In this document: one piece after another, positions 52,853-64,000 of the stretch
Layout: the number at the start of each line of letters is the position of its first letter
Numbering within the stretch: position 1 is the stretch's first letter
NCBI GenBank assembly: GCA_030704615.1
Contig: CM060731.1
Span: 63,116,001-63,180,000 of the forward strand
DNA: 64,000 nucleotides
Direction of reading: 5' to 3'
Source of the DNA: Takakia lepidozioides
Lineage: Eukaryota; Plantae; Bryophyta
Position numbers and translations under genes: made by a program
The notes under the pieces: model-generated
Seen by the model: only the letters and a program-made list of their open reading frames with translations
The model's database searches: none
What the model was told of the DNA's origin: nothing

Positions 52853-55800
52853 TTATATCACTTTTAATTCCTCGGGAGGAATGCCAGCTGGGTCAATGTC
52901 CCAGGAGTCTGCTGGGATATTAAAACTCTCGGTGCCAAGCATTTTGTAAGCAGGCACTCTGTGTGAAAGTAACCCCATAGAGTGGTCAGGAAGTTTTCCT
53001 GTCTGATATTCTGGCTTCCAGAGTGTTCGAAAACCAGGCACCTTTGCGAGCACCTTGACTGTTGGAGCTTGTGCCAAACCGTAACTTTCTACAATCTCCA
53101 GCAGCCGGAAACGGTGGCGTGACCTTGCAGCATCTTTCACACGTAGCTCCTTACGCTTTCCATCATTCTTGTACATTGCCCACACCTCACCTTTCCTTGG
53201 GTAAACTGAAACTACCTCATTTGGTCCCTCGTCAACAACCATCTCATGAGAAAAACAGTTGATTGGATAACCGACATCAGATGTCTTGCCATCCTTGAAT
53301 TTTCCGATGGTTTGAGGGTACCCACTGTTCTGCTGTGGCCACACACAGGCAAATTTGTGAGCAAATTTCGAGGCCCTCCTGGCAAATTAGATGTTTACTG
53401 AGTCATATTGCAAACTTGCACCTGTTTAGTCTTGAGTAACATGTGCTTCAAAGCAGGGGCAGCTTTAACAGTCTAAAGTGAACCAAGTGCTCTGCCCACA
53501 ATCTAGGAAAGAAAGAGACAGTTTAAGAAAAGTACATCTAGTAGAGCATCACGACCTTTAAAAATAGTTTGCCATTGCCTTGTTGCCAGAAAGCTGCCTA
53601 ATGTAGCCCCTTTTTTGTGTGATTGAACTCATCCCAAACGGAACAGCAAGACATGTACTACTTATGGAACAGCAAAGCTATTGCTCTGTGAATTTGTGAT
53701 GAGAAATGTAAATCAAGATAACCTGTTGAAACTGTAGAGGTGAGTACTGAGGCAACATCCACGACACATATGCTTTGAACGCCGGTCCTGATTTAACCAC
53801 CCTTTGGATGCGCACCCAAGTGCGAGGCATGAAGTCAGCATCGTCGTATAACGCCCATATCTACCACACCCACTCTGTGTTAATATTAATATTATATTAA
53901 TATTCATGTGAAGCCTGCCTATAGTTCTGTCAACTAAGAGAGAGTGTACCCATCGGGCTGTTTTTACAGTTTCTTTTGCTCAGAGAATCCAGACAGGGTT
54001 AGAACAGAGCACAAAGGTGGGGATAAAGGAAGAGGAAAGGGGGAAGGTAGGATACAGGACAAAAACTGAAGGCATCCAGCATTGCTGAAGCCTAGCTCCA
54101 GTGGTGACACGTACCTTAACTGTGTGAATGTCTGAGGGAAGGAAAGGAAGGGAAGGAGAGGAAGTTTAACGTCCAGAAATTTACATAGCAGGGAAAGAAA
54201 GAAACTTTTTGGAGGCCCATAGGGCCCGTGGGACGAAGTAAAACGACTCATCAAGAGGAGAGACTTGTGAGAGAAATAGAAAGGGGGAGATGTACTCAAG
54301 GCTTGCTTGGCTTAGCCTTGTGGCCATAAACTCTGTCTGCTTTGGAGGGAGAAAGAGAAAAAAATGTAAAATGGACAAGTAAAAAATCCATAGCTTGTTC
54401 TAGAGAATTCCAATTTCAATGAATTTCAATGAATGTCTGACCCAAAAAAGAGAAGAAAAATGATGTTGTGGTATACTGCGTGTTTTTTAACATGGTTCTC
54501 TGTCCGGTCTCCGTCGAAATTGTAGTGGTCTGCATCCGGTACAGTAGTTTCGACATCCTCCCATTCCTCATCGGACACCGGTTCAGTTGAGGCACGAGCA
54601 TGACCTGAAGACTCAGAAATGTAGTTAGGGAGGATTTCTGGTGAACTTGCAACACTATCCAATTCTCAGTGCCCTACAGGGTTGCTAAGCGCATAGGGAG
54701 TTCTCCATCAAAGGTTACTTTTCACAGTGACTATGCAATGCCACCGGACCCCTTCGGTTGACCCATGGTTTCTTTGGAGACTTTGCAGCATCTCTGTCCC
54801 TCTTACTTGAGACAATGTGCCACCTCCAGATGTCTTTTAGAGCGAGGACCAATTCGGTGAGCTAACCACCCAGTTGGGTGTGTGAAGCTGCTTTATAGCA
54901 GTCTGCAAAAAATCAACTATCTTCACGAAACAAGTTGATGAAAAATGCTTGTAAGTTCAAAAGAAAATACCAGCAGGTCCAGAAAATAACTAAGCCTGGT
55001 GGAGAACAAACAGTCCTAAACCAACAGAGCTGAAGCCCTCACATGACAACCTAGAAACTGCAGCACTGTGTTGATGATATGGGTAAGGAAAGACACCCAG
55101 CTAACCATGCCACTTCTGTAGAGCTTTGGCAGGATGGCCGCCTCCCTTGCAAGGCCATGTGGGGCCTCCTTTGTCCTTCTCTGATTCGGTATGACTCCTT
55201 TTTTTCGCATTTCTTGGCCTTAGCACTCTCCTTCCTTTGCTCTCCAGGATTTGAGCAATGGTGCCTCCGTTGTAATGAGTTTGTCCATTCCCAACATCAG
55301 GCTGAAATCTATCCTCGCTCTCGTTGCCACCTTCATCTGGGAAGTCATCCAAAATCTCCTCTTTCACAGGCATGACTTGCCCTGGCCACTCTTCCCCTTT
55401 CTTCCTTTCCAACCAGTCCACGTCTTGCCTCATCTTCTTTCCACGTTGAAAGAGTGCATACTGGCTTTCATCAGAATACTCCAAAATCTCTGCCTTGACC
55501 AGACGAATGTCACATGTTTTCTCCGAATTCTTTTTTGTAGGTGGGTCAGGACAAGTGTTGGGCGATCTCCCGTCTTCCATGGCACAAACCTTTCCTGTAC
55601 TTAGATTTCCTGCTTCGGTTTCTGTGCCTTGTGTAGGACACCGCTTTCCAGTATATTCTGGTACCCGTGTCTCGGAGCACTCCTCAAATTCGGCCTTGAT
55701 TTCCTTAATCCATGTCTGCCACTTGGCTGCCGGGTTTCCAGCCCCTCTACCCCTGGAACCAGGAAATATCTTAGATATTGCTCTTTGATTTTAGACATTG

Positions 55801-58800
55801 GCCATCACATACTCTAATAAGCCCCTTGTCCCTAGGCATATCCAGGATGAGATCAACCTCAGCCAAAACTTGCCATAGCACTATGCTTGGACATCAACTC
55901 CTTGCATGGAGCTGAGTGTTAATCTGAGAGCAACTTTGACCTTTTATCAGAAAGCACAATGTTGAATGCAACACTGCTAGTGCCACCACCTAACAGACAT
56001 GTGTCACATGCATGGCATGGTCGCATTGCCAGCAAAAGGTAGAAAAGGGCAATGTGAAATGATGAACTTCAGGGCCTTCACATTCCTGAGTTTGAGGAGA
56101 CCTGCAAGTTTCCAGCAAAAGTTTCCCAGGTTTCTCACTACATGACCTTCTCCCTGCCTACACCGTGTGGAAGCTGTGTACAATCGTTACCATAGATTCT
56201 TTCAGAGAATTACAGATGAATAATGAATGGAAAATCTTACTGAAATTGAAGTGGCAATCAGCTGCCAACAACCCGAAACAAGCTGAAAGTACTAGGATAT
56301 CATCAACAACTCTATGGTATGAATGGTATCTGTTGGAAACCTCTAACAAATATCTCAATTGAAAGAATTTGTTCGCTTAAGGTTGCATCTGAACCAACAG
56401 CAGTTGTTTTTAATTTCATAGCCCTATGTGGAGCTAATTATCCAATGAACATCAGATATGGGTGTATACAACCTTAAGGATGCACATAAAAAGATTCTCA
56501 TATAGTACCTGATGCCCATATCAAACGAACTCTCGATGAACTTCTCTTTCAGTGTGAAGTCTCTGCTCCCATTCAACTCTGGCAAAATTTGACCATTTGT
56601 CTTCCTCTGGAGCCCCTTCGAGCCCAGGATAAGATCACAGCCTTCATCATCAAATTGAACCAAATCTGTGGATGAGTGCATTCCTTTGTTCCCAGGCCAC
56701 ACATTAATAGTTTCTCCTTCAGCCTCTCTCTCTCCATTGCCATCATCTCTCTCCTTTCTCTTCCCCGCAGTGCATGGGCGGTCTCCGTTCCCACCCTCAG
56801 CCCCACGTCTGCTCAACCCCTCCTTGACTTTGAGGCTCGCACCCCTTCCTTTCTGGTCACTAGTGTTGCTTAGAATAGAGGCCTTTGCATTGACAGTGCC
56901 TTTCAGTGGAACACCACAGTAAGCTTGGGGCAATACCTTTGTTCCAGGGGCAGGCTGAACAGCACCCTTTTTTTTCTCTCTCCCTCTGCTTCGCGTGGTA
57001 ACCTCTCTTTTGTCCACTTTGATGCCTTCATCCCTCTCGTCCTCCCCCTCATTGGACAACCCTTCCAGAGCACCCACTATTTCTCTCTCAAGTAGTCCTG
57101 CAAAGTCCTCATCATCATCATCATCATCATCATCATCACTGACCTGAGTATTTTCGAGGACCTCGGTGTCACTGTCAGAAAGAGTGATAAATTTCTCTCT
57201 ATTTAAACCAGCAGAATCAGAAGAGCGAGCACTTTTGTCACAGCCTACCACTCCAATGCCAGCTGATTCACTACGATCACCTCCTTGCTGAGACACAATG
57301 CCCCCTTGGCCAGTAACAGGGCTGTCAGACCCACCTGCAAACCCTCTGTTCTCACCATCCACACAAGGGGTACAGGGCTTGATCCTCAAATCATTGCATT
57401 GATATGCGAAATCAGATAAATTCAACTCAACTCCTTTCTCAGCGTCATGAACTCCGACAGTATGATTGGAGGTCTGTTGCAGATGTAAGGTCTCCGAAGC
57501 TCTAGGCAGCTTGAGATTTGATTTCTCAGGCGGGATCCTATGATGAGAAAAAAATTCTTCACAAAATGGAGCCCCTCCCTCATTAGGGCTGCCATTCCCT
57601 TTTATAAGACGTGTACCTCCTGTATTCATTTCGTCACACACTGTACAGGTCATGGCTCTATTCACACAAGGAGATCCAAGGGAATTCAAAGCCCTGCTGA
57701 TATTGTCAATAGAAGGTGTTCTGGCACTTTGGGGCTGGGGTTCATACACCCTTGCCTGCCCCTCACAACTCCCCTCTGGTCTCTTGCTGAAACATGAGGT
57801 TTCAACCTCAGCATGGTCGCTGACACCTGTGCAATCCAGCACAGGCCATGTGGAATGTGCATGTGTAGGTGACTCAAAACGAAGTGACTTTGCAGGGCCA
57901 CAAAGTGCGTCACTTGTAAGATCCTTGGAAATTTCAGGAACCAGATGAGGCTGATCAAAGTCATGAACTGAGGTATGCTGCAGCAATGAGACTTGTGGAT
58001 CAATGTGAGGGCTTTGCTCCCCTCCCTCCTTAGGACGCCCATGCCCTTTTTCATGACGTGTACCTCCTGTATTCATTTCGTCACCCACTGTACAGGTCGT
58101 GGCTCTGCTGACACAAGGAGATCCAAGGGAATTCAAAGCCCTGCTGATGTTGCCAATAGAAGGTGTTTGGGTACTTTGGGGTTGGGGTTCAGAAACCCTT
58201 GCCTTCCCCTTACAACTCCCCTCTGGTCTCTTTCTGAAACAGAAGACTTCAACCTCAGCATGGTTGCTAACACCTATGCCATCTGGCACAGACAACCTGG
58301 AATGTGAATGTGTAGGTGACTCAAAACGAAGCGACTTTGCTGGGCCACGAAGTGCGTCACTCGTAAGGTCCCCGGAAATTTCAGGAACTGTGTGAGGCTG
58401 ATCACAGTCATGAACTGAGGTATGCCACAGCAAGGAGACTTGTGGATCAATGTGAGGGCTTTGCTCCCCTCCCTCGTTAGGGCCCCCATTCCCTTTTTCG
58501 TGACATGTACCTCCTGTATTCATTTCATTACCCACAGTACAGGTCATGGCTCTGCTCACACAAGGAGATCCAAGGGAATTCAAGGCCCTGCCGATGTTGT
58601 CAGCAGCAGGTGTTTGGGCACTTTGGGGCTGGGGTTCATAGACCCTTGCCTTCCCCTCACAACTCCCCTCTAGACTCTTAGTGAAACATGAGGCTTCAAC
58701 CTCAGGATGGTCGCTGACACCTATGCCATTCAGCACAGGCCATCTGGAATGTGAATGTGTAGGCGATTCAAAACAAAGCGACTTTGCAGGGCCACAAAGG

Positions 58801-59804
58801 GTGTCATGTGGAAGGTCCTCGGAAATTTCAGGAACCATATGAGGCTGATCACAGTTATGAACTGAGGTATGCCGCAGTAAGGGGACTTGTGGATCAATGA
58901 GAGGGCTTTGCTCCCCTCCCTCGTTAGGACGCCCATGCCCTTTTTCATGACGTGTACCTCCTGTATTCATTTCGTCACCCACTGTACAGGTCGTGGCTCT
59001 GCTGACACAAGGAGATCCAAGGGAATTCAAAGCCCTGCTGATGTTGTCAATAGAAGGTGTTTGGGCACTTTGGGGCACGGGTTCATCAACCCTTGCCTTC
59101 TCCTCACAACTCCCCTCTGGTCTCTTAGAGAAACATGAGGCCTCAACCTCAGCATGGTCATTAACACCTATGCCATCCAGCACAGGCCATCTGGAATGTG
59201 AATGAGTAGGTGACTCAAAACGAAGTGACTTCGCAGGGCCACAAAGTGCGTCACTTGTAAGGTCCTCAGATATTTCAGGAACCATGCGAGGCTGATCACA
59301 GACATGAACTGAGGTATGCCGCAGCAAGGAGACTTGTGGATCAATGTGAGGGCTTTGCTCCCCTCCCTCATAAGGGCCCCCATTCCCTTTTTCATGACGT
59401 GTACGTCCTGTATTCATTTCGTCACCCACTGTACAGGTCGTGGCTCTACTCACACAAGGAGATCCAAGGGAATTCAAAGCCCTGCTGATGTTGTCGATAG
59501 AAGGTGTTTGGGCACTTTGGAGGTGGGGATCAGAAACCCTTGCCTTCCCCTCACAACTCCCCTCTGGTCTTTTGCTGAAACATGAGGCTTCAACTTCAGC
59601 TGTAGAATCCGGGTAAGCTTGGTGATGGATGTTGGGCTCCCACTTGATGGTAAGGTCCTCAGTAGGTCGACCCTTTTTGTTCATGTTGGACCCATTTAGG
59701 TGTACTTTCCTTAAAGCCTTTTGCTTCTTCACCTCAAAAGCACGATATCGCATCGCCATCAACCGGGCCACAGCGGTCTTCTGAGCTTTATCTACTCTGT
59801 CCAC
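52853..59804 (-). CDS. DUF3444-domain protein with a long repetitive N-terminus (multi-exon)
   Basis: Predicted exons: ~59804-56509, 55752-55106, ~54640-54477 (acceptor uncertain), 53860-53723 and 53332-52853. The spliced C-terminus reads VPDADHYNFDGDRTENHVKKHA|IWALYDDADFMPRTWVRIQRVV...|...CFSHEM...VYPRKGEVWAMYK...LAKVPGFRTLW...LSHRVPAYKM...SWDIDPAGIP, typical of DUF3444. The 5' end is unresolved and upstream exons are possible. Confidence 0.8.
57575..59601 (-). repeat. Coding tandem repeat, 447 bp (149 aa) x ~4.5
   Basis: gatccaagggaattcaa at 57673, 58120, 58567, 59014 and 59461, an exact 447-bp period. Confidence 0.95.
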
Positions 59805-61162
59805 CTTCTGCTCCTGCTAGCACCTCGTATCCGTTAGAACTAAGTTACAGGTCTCTGTTTCACATGTAAACAATAAATCAGCCAACCAGAACCTGCTGTG
59901 GTGAAGAGAGGATCAGAAAAAGACCGTTGGCTCACACCCGAAATAGCAGAAAGGCCATAGTTAATTGGAACTCAGCACGTACAGGTAGAGACACACTGCA
60001 CATGTACCTGTGCTGTACATTTACACCCATGATGCAACTGTGTGGTATGCCTCTCAAAACGGTCATGTAGTAGGAGCTCATACAAGTTCTCTAGCACAAC
60101 AAAAGAGGGACAGAGGGAAGGAGGAATCAAAGCAATATTCAAAATGCCGAAAGAACCAACATGTAGTGTTCCCAATCAGCCAAAACTCACCTTTTGGTTT
60201 TCTCAAAAAATGCTCATGTAGTCCCAGCAGTACATAAAACTTGCTGAGCACAAGAAAAAAGGTTGGGAGGGTGATATCTAAGCGGGACTGTAACAACCTG
60301 AGGTCTTGTGCACAAAAATACTGAGTGATCAAGCAAAGCCACACTAGACACTCCCATGTCAGCCCCTCCAATTAATTCATGAATTATATGTTATAGGTCA
60401 TTCAATTGCTCAGAGCTTTGTTATCCCTGTGTAGAATGTCCGGCCTGCAAAACTGCTTTCTCCTGGGTTTTAAATTACAAAAGTAACTCTAATGAGTTAA
60501 AATCACAAAGACTGAACATTAACCTCCCTGCTTGCGGTCCTTTAATAGAATCAGAGACTACAGTGGCATAGGGATATATCATTGTAATTAGAAGAGCACT
60601 TAGGTTTGTATGACTAGCATACTGGACATGGAAGAAATATTCAGGAACTTCTCATCCTTATAAATCAGCATGTGCTAGTAAAGCTGCAAATGTTAACCAA
60701 GTGAACAAAGCTCAAAGCAACAGTGCCACCTCCTTTCGAATGGAATATGTGTAAACATTTGGAGGAAGACCCCAGATTACCAAATACTCAGTTTCCTGAT
60801 CAAGATGCCACGACATGGAGGCCAGTGTGCATATTACATGGGAGATGTGTGATTAGCAGATTGGAGACAAATCTTTGACAGCTTAGACTATCTTCACTTT
60901 GCCTTTAATGTTGGTCCTGCGCTGTACTGAGTTCAATGCGACACTAACTTGTTGTTGAAGTTGTGCTGGTTGTTTGGTGAAATGTTGACGGAATAGAAAT
61001 GAGAGGAAGAAAAGGAGAGAGAGAGAGAAAAAGAGAGAGAACGAAGGACTTTAAAACATCGCTGAAGGCCCCGAGAACATGGAGAGAAATGAAATGAATG
61101 AAATGGAACTTTATAACGTCCACAGAAAGCTCAAAGAGGAAAAAAGAAAGCTGAAAGAGAGA

Positions 61163-62891
61163 TTGTACTCATAAGACGTTGTTTGCCATAGCCTTGTGGC
61201 CATTGACCCCGCGCCCAGTTTGAGCGGGAACAAAAGGGACAGAACCTACCTCTGTCAGGGGCTGACGTTGGTAGTAAGACTTACCTTCATATATAGAATT
61301 AATCCGGGTTTTCCAGATATCCTCTAGAAATCCCTTCACACAAGCATCAATCTGCTGTGTGTGATTTGCCCAAAAACTAGGCCTCAGGAGGGCCTGGGCT
61401 TTTGGCCAGCCTCGAGACTTTCAAAGTTGGTAAACAGAGGTACAGGCACAATTCCCTTGATAGATTTGAAGAGAGCGTCTCTTTGGTGAGAGGACCCCGG
61501 ACAGTGTATCAGAAAATGAATACTGTCTTCAGATTGCCCACACAACGGGCAATTGCACTCTCCCTTTCCTCTCTGCTTCTGTTTGCTGTTCAAAGGTAGG
61601 CTTCCTGCCCTGAGTTTAAATTTCAGTCTAGTGCCGAGAGTAGACCCTTGAGGTCATCCAAGATGTCCTCCCCCATGTCACTGACTGGAAACAAGTTCAG
61701 GGAAGTTTTCTGCCTAACTTCATTTTCATCAGACAATCTCATGGCAACAGACATGGCTTTGGACACTACAGCCTCTAAGTCAGATTTATCCAGCAGGGTC
61801 AAGACTTGCGGTTCCAGGTCCAGGTCCTTGAGAATCTCTTCTACTCTCTTCTCCAGGACTTAGCCTGTTTGACAGGGCGGTCCTGTTTCCAAGATATAGA
61901 GTCGATTAACTTAGGATATCTGGTGTTGGACATATGTTGCAGCTGACCCCACCATCTGACCTTGAATCCATCTCATCGGGAGCTTAAGGACGGAATGCCA
62001 AACTCACCCCGAACAGCCACATTGGCTGTTTTGGAGCATGCTGACATACACTCCTTAAGCACCCCCACTTGAATGGATTCTAGAGACTTAGCCTGGCTTT
62101 CGGCGAAACAGGGGCTGTGTGGATCATATCTTCACTCTAAGCCAGATTATCCAGGGAAGGAAAAAAGAAGGGAAACCCACTTATGTTTTTTTCCTGGATG
62201 TCAAAAAGGCTTATGACACAGTGTGGAGAGGGGCCTATGGTTCCGCCTCTGGTCTTGTAAAGATGTGGAGAGTTGTCCACAACTTGTATGCTCACACCAA
62301 AAGCTGTGTCACTGTTAACGGACAGAAGTCCAACTTCTTTGACATAGACCAAGGTGTAGCTCAAGCGTACTCTCTCCCTCTGCTCTGCAATGTTTTCATC
62401 AATCAACTCCTCGAGGATGTGGAAAGTGAGGGATTTGGGTTAAGGGTGGGTGATACCACCATACCAGCCCTTATGTTTGCGGATGACTTCGCAGGCATAG
62501 GGAAGACTCCAACCAATCTCCAGGAGTTGGTTGATTGCGCGAAGAGATACTTTGATCTTTGGGGGCAGCTAATGTCAGCAAATGTGCAGTGGTAGCATTC
62601 AACGACAGAGGAGAGGGAGGAAGTGATCTTAAGTGGCAGTGGGGTAGCCAAGAGATCCCGGTCCTCCCTTCCTACACTTACCTGGGCGTTGAGTTTTCCT
62701 CCAATTGTAATTGGGATGCACATATCGGGTTGTTCAAACTGGCAAGGGCAAAGCTCTGGGGCTCACTAAATTTTTCCACTGCAGAGGGGTCAACTCTGAG
62801 GTTAAGAACACCATGCTTTGTCGCGTTATTAGACCTGCCTTGGAGTACGGATCCGCAATATGGGTTGATAACTCCAACCAGGCTAAGTCTC
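61163..62891 (-). mobile_element. 5'-truncated, 5'-inverted LINE (RTEX/CR1-like RT plus CCHC finger)
   Basis: Plus-strand RT fragment at 62100-62891 (FLDVKKAYDTVWR, MFADD, YTYLGV, IRPALEYGSAIW). Its continuation is on the minus strand at 62097-61163 (QAKSLESIQ, LKFKLRAG, CPLCGQSEDSIHFLIHC). 15-bp TSD AAGCT(G/A)AAAGAGAGA at 61148-61162 and 62892-62906. Confidence 0.88.
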
Positions 62892-63559
62892 AAGCTAAAA
62901 GAGAGAGAAAGAGAGAAAGCAAGAAGCAAGAAAAAGAAAGAAAGGGATTCCATAGCATCCACAGAAAGCTCTAAGAGCATAGATAAGAGACAATCAACCA
63001 ATGAAGCAGTAGTGACCAGGCCTAAATATCTGAAGACAGACAAATGTTTGCGCTTCTGTGTTTGATTTGTGTTTGTGTGTGTGGGAAGATGCCATTATGT
63101 AAGCCAAGTACACAGTTTATGCAGTGATTCTAGAGAGACCTTAAATTGTCCCATTCTATTCGTCATTACTCCTTTGGTGGCAAAACACCTATCCAAACCA
63201 GACTAAAAGCATCAAGATAGAACCCAACTTTCTTCTCAGTTACTGAAGTTTAGACCCATCCACACAACTCAAGACAGCATCTCATATAAGACTATATATG
63301 GTGGCGCGGTTACTAACCTTAAGCCTGGCAATGGTGTCTATCAGTAGGTCCAAAACCTCCCTTGCAACTATTGCAGCATCAGGCACTTTACCCAACCTCA
63401 GATTCACCTTCAGTGTCATGTTATGCTTTTTGTCCACCACGGTCCATGATAACTGGCACATACATGTGTTTGCATTAGTGAATGTTAGGGATTTTTCTGG
63501 TTCATAAGCAAGGGCAATGGAGAGTGACATATGATGCTCACAACACCTTTCTCACTGCA

Positions 63560-63733
63560 GAAGGGATTTCTAGAGGATACCTGGAAAACTCAGATCAATT
63601 GTCTGTTCCAAGGTAAGTCATACTACCGGTGTCAGCCCCTGACAAAGGTAGTTTCTGTCCCTTTGTGTTTCACTCAAACTGAGCGCAGTGTCAATGGCCA
63701 CAAAGCTATGGCAAACAACGTCTTATGAGTACA
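63560..63733 (+). mobile_element. 174-bp 5'-truncated copy of the same LINE 3' end
   Basis: Matches the reverse complement of ~61164-61338. 11-bp TSD TTCTCACTGCA at 63549-63559 and 63734-63744. Confidence 0.88.
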
Positions 63734-64000
63734 TTCTCACTGCACAAGCTGATTTTCTTCCTCAATAAAATCAGTTTAAAAACTGATAAGAGTTAGTGTG
63801 GAGTCCCATCACCCACAGTACCCAGAATGTGTCAATACATTCACAGCATACTTGCTTTGGTTTCAGAGTAGTGTCATACCCGCATCATATCTTTGCCACA
63901 CGCAGAGAAGGAATAGGTTGAGTCAGGTTGTTGCAGACAAAGATGGGAGCGTGCCTTTTCCATGAAGTCAGGCACACTGATGTCCCAGCGTGTTGCTTTT

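Overview
Repeat-rich nuclear DNA from a land plant, probably a non-seed plant. The taxon is inferred from a RALF peptide, a group VIII-b ERF, an intron-containing tRNA-Tyr and the transposon content. Host genes: a RALF precursor (48-422, +), tRNA-Tyr(GUA) (3687-3769, -), a two-exon AP2/ERF of the ESR/DRN/LEP/PUCHI type (5453-7947, -) and a multi-exon DUF3444 gene with 4.5 copies of a 149-aa repeat (52853-59804, -). The most notable feature is a Ty3/Gypsy retrotransposon with a full C5-cytosine DNA methyltransferase domain between protease and reverse transcriptase (gag-PR-DNMT-RT, about 40.6-45.5 kb). It is preceded by a ~1 kb GGGCTGTGAC array and nested inside a hAT element with a perfect 8-bp TSD (36914-46536). 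Also present: a TTAA/CCC-ended piggyBac-like non-autonomous element (35274-36130), a 5'-inverted tail-less LINE with a second truncated copy, a pogo-like relic, several minisatellites and inverted repeats. All calls were made by eye with no database searches; repeat boundaries are approximate unless a TSD or TIR is given.
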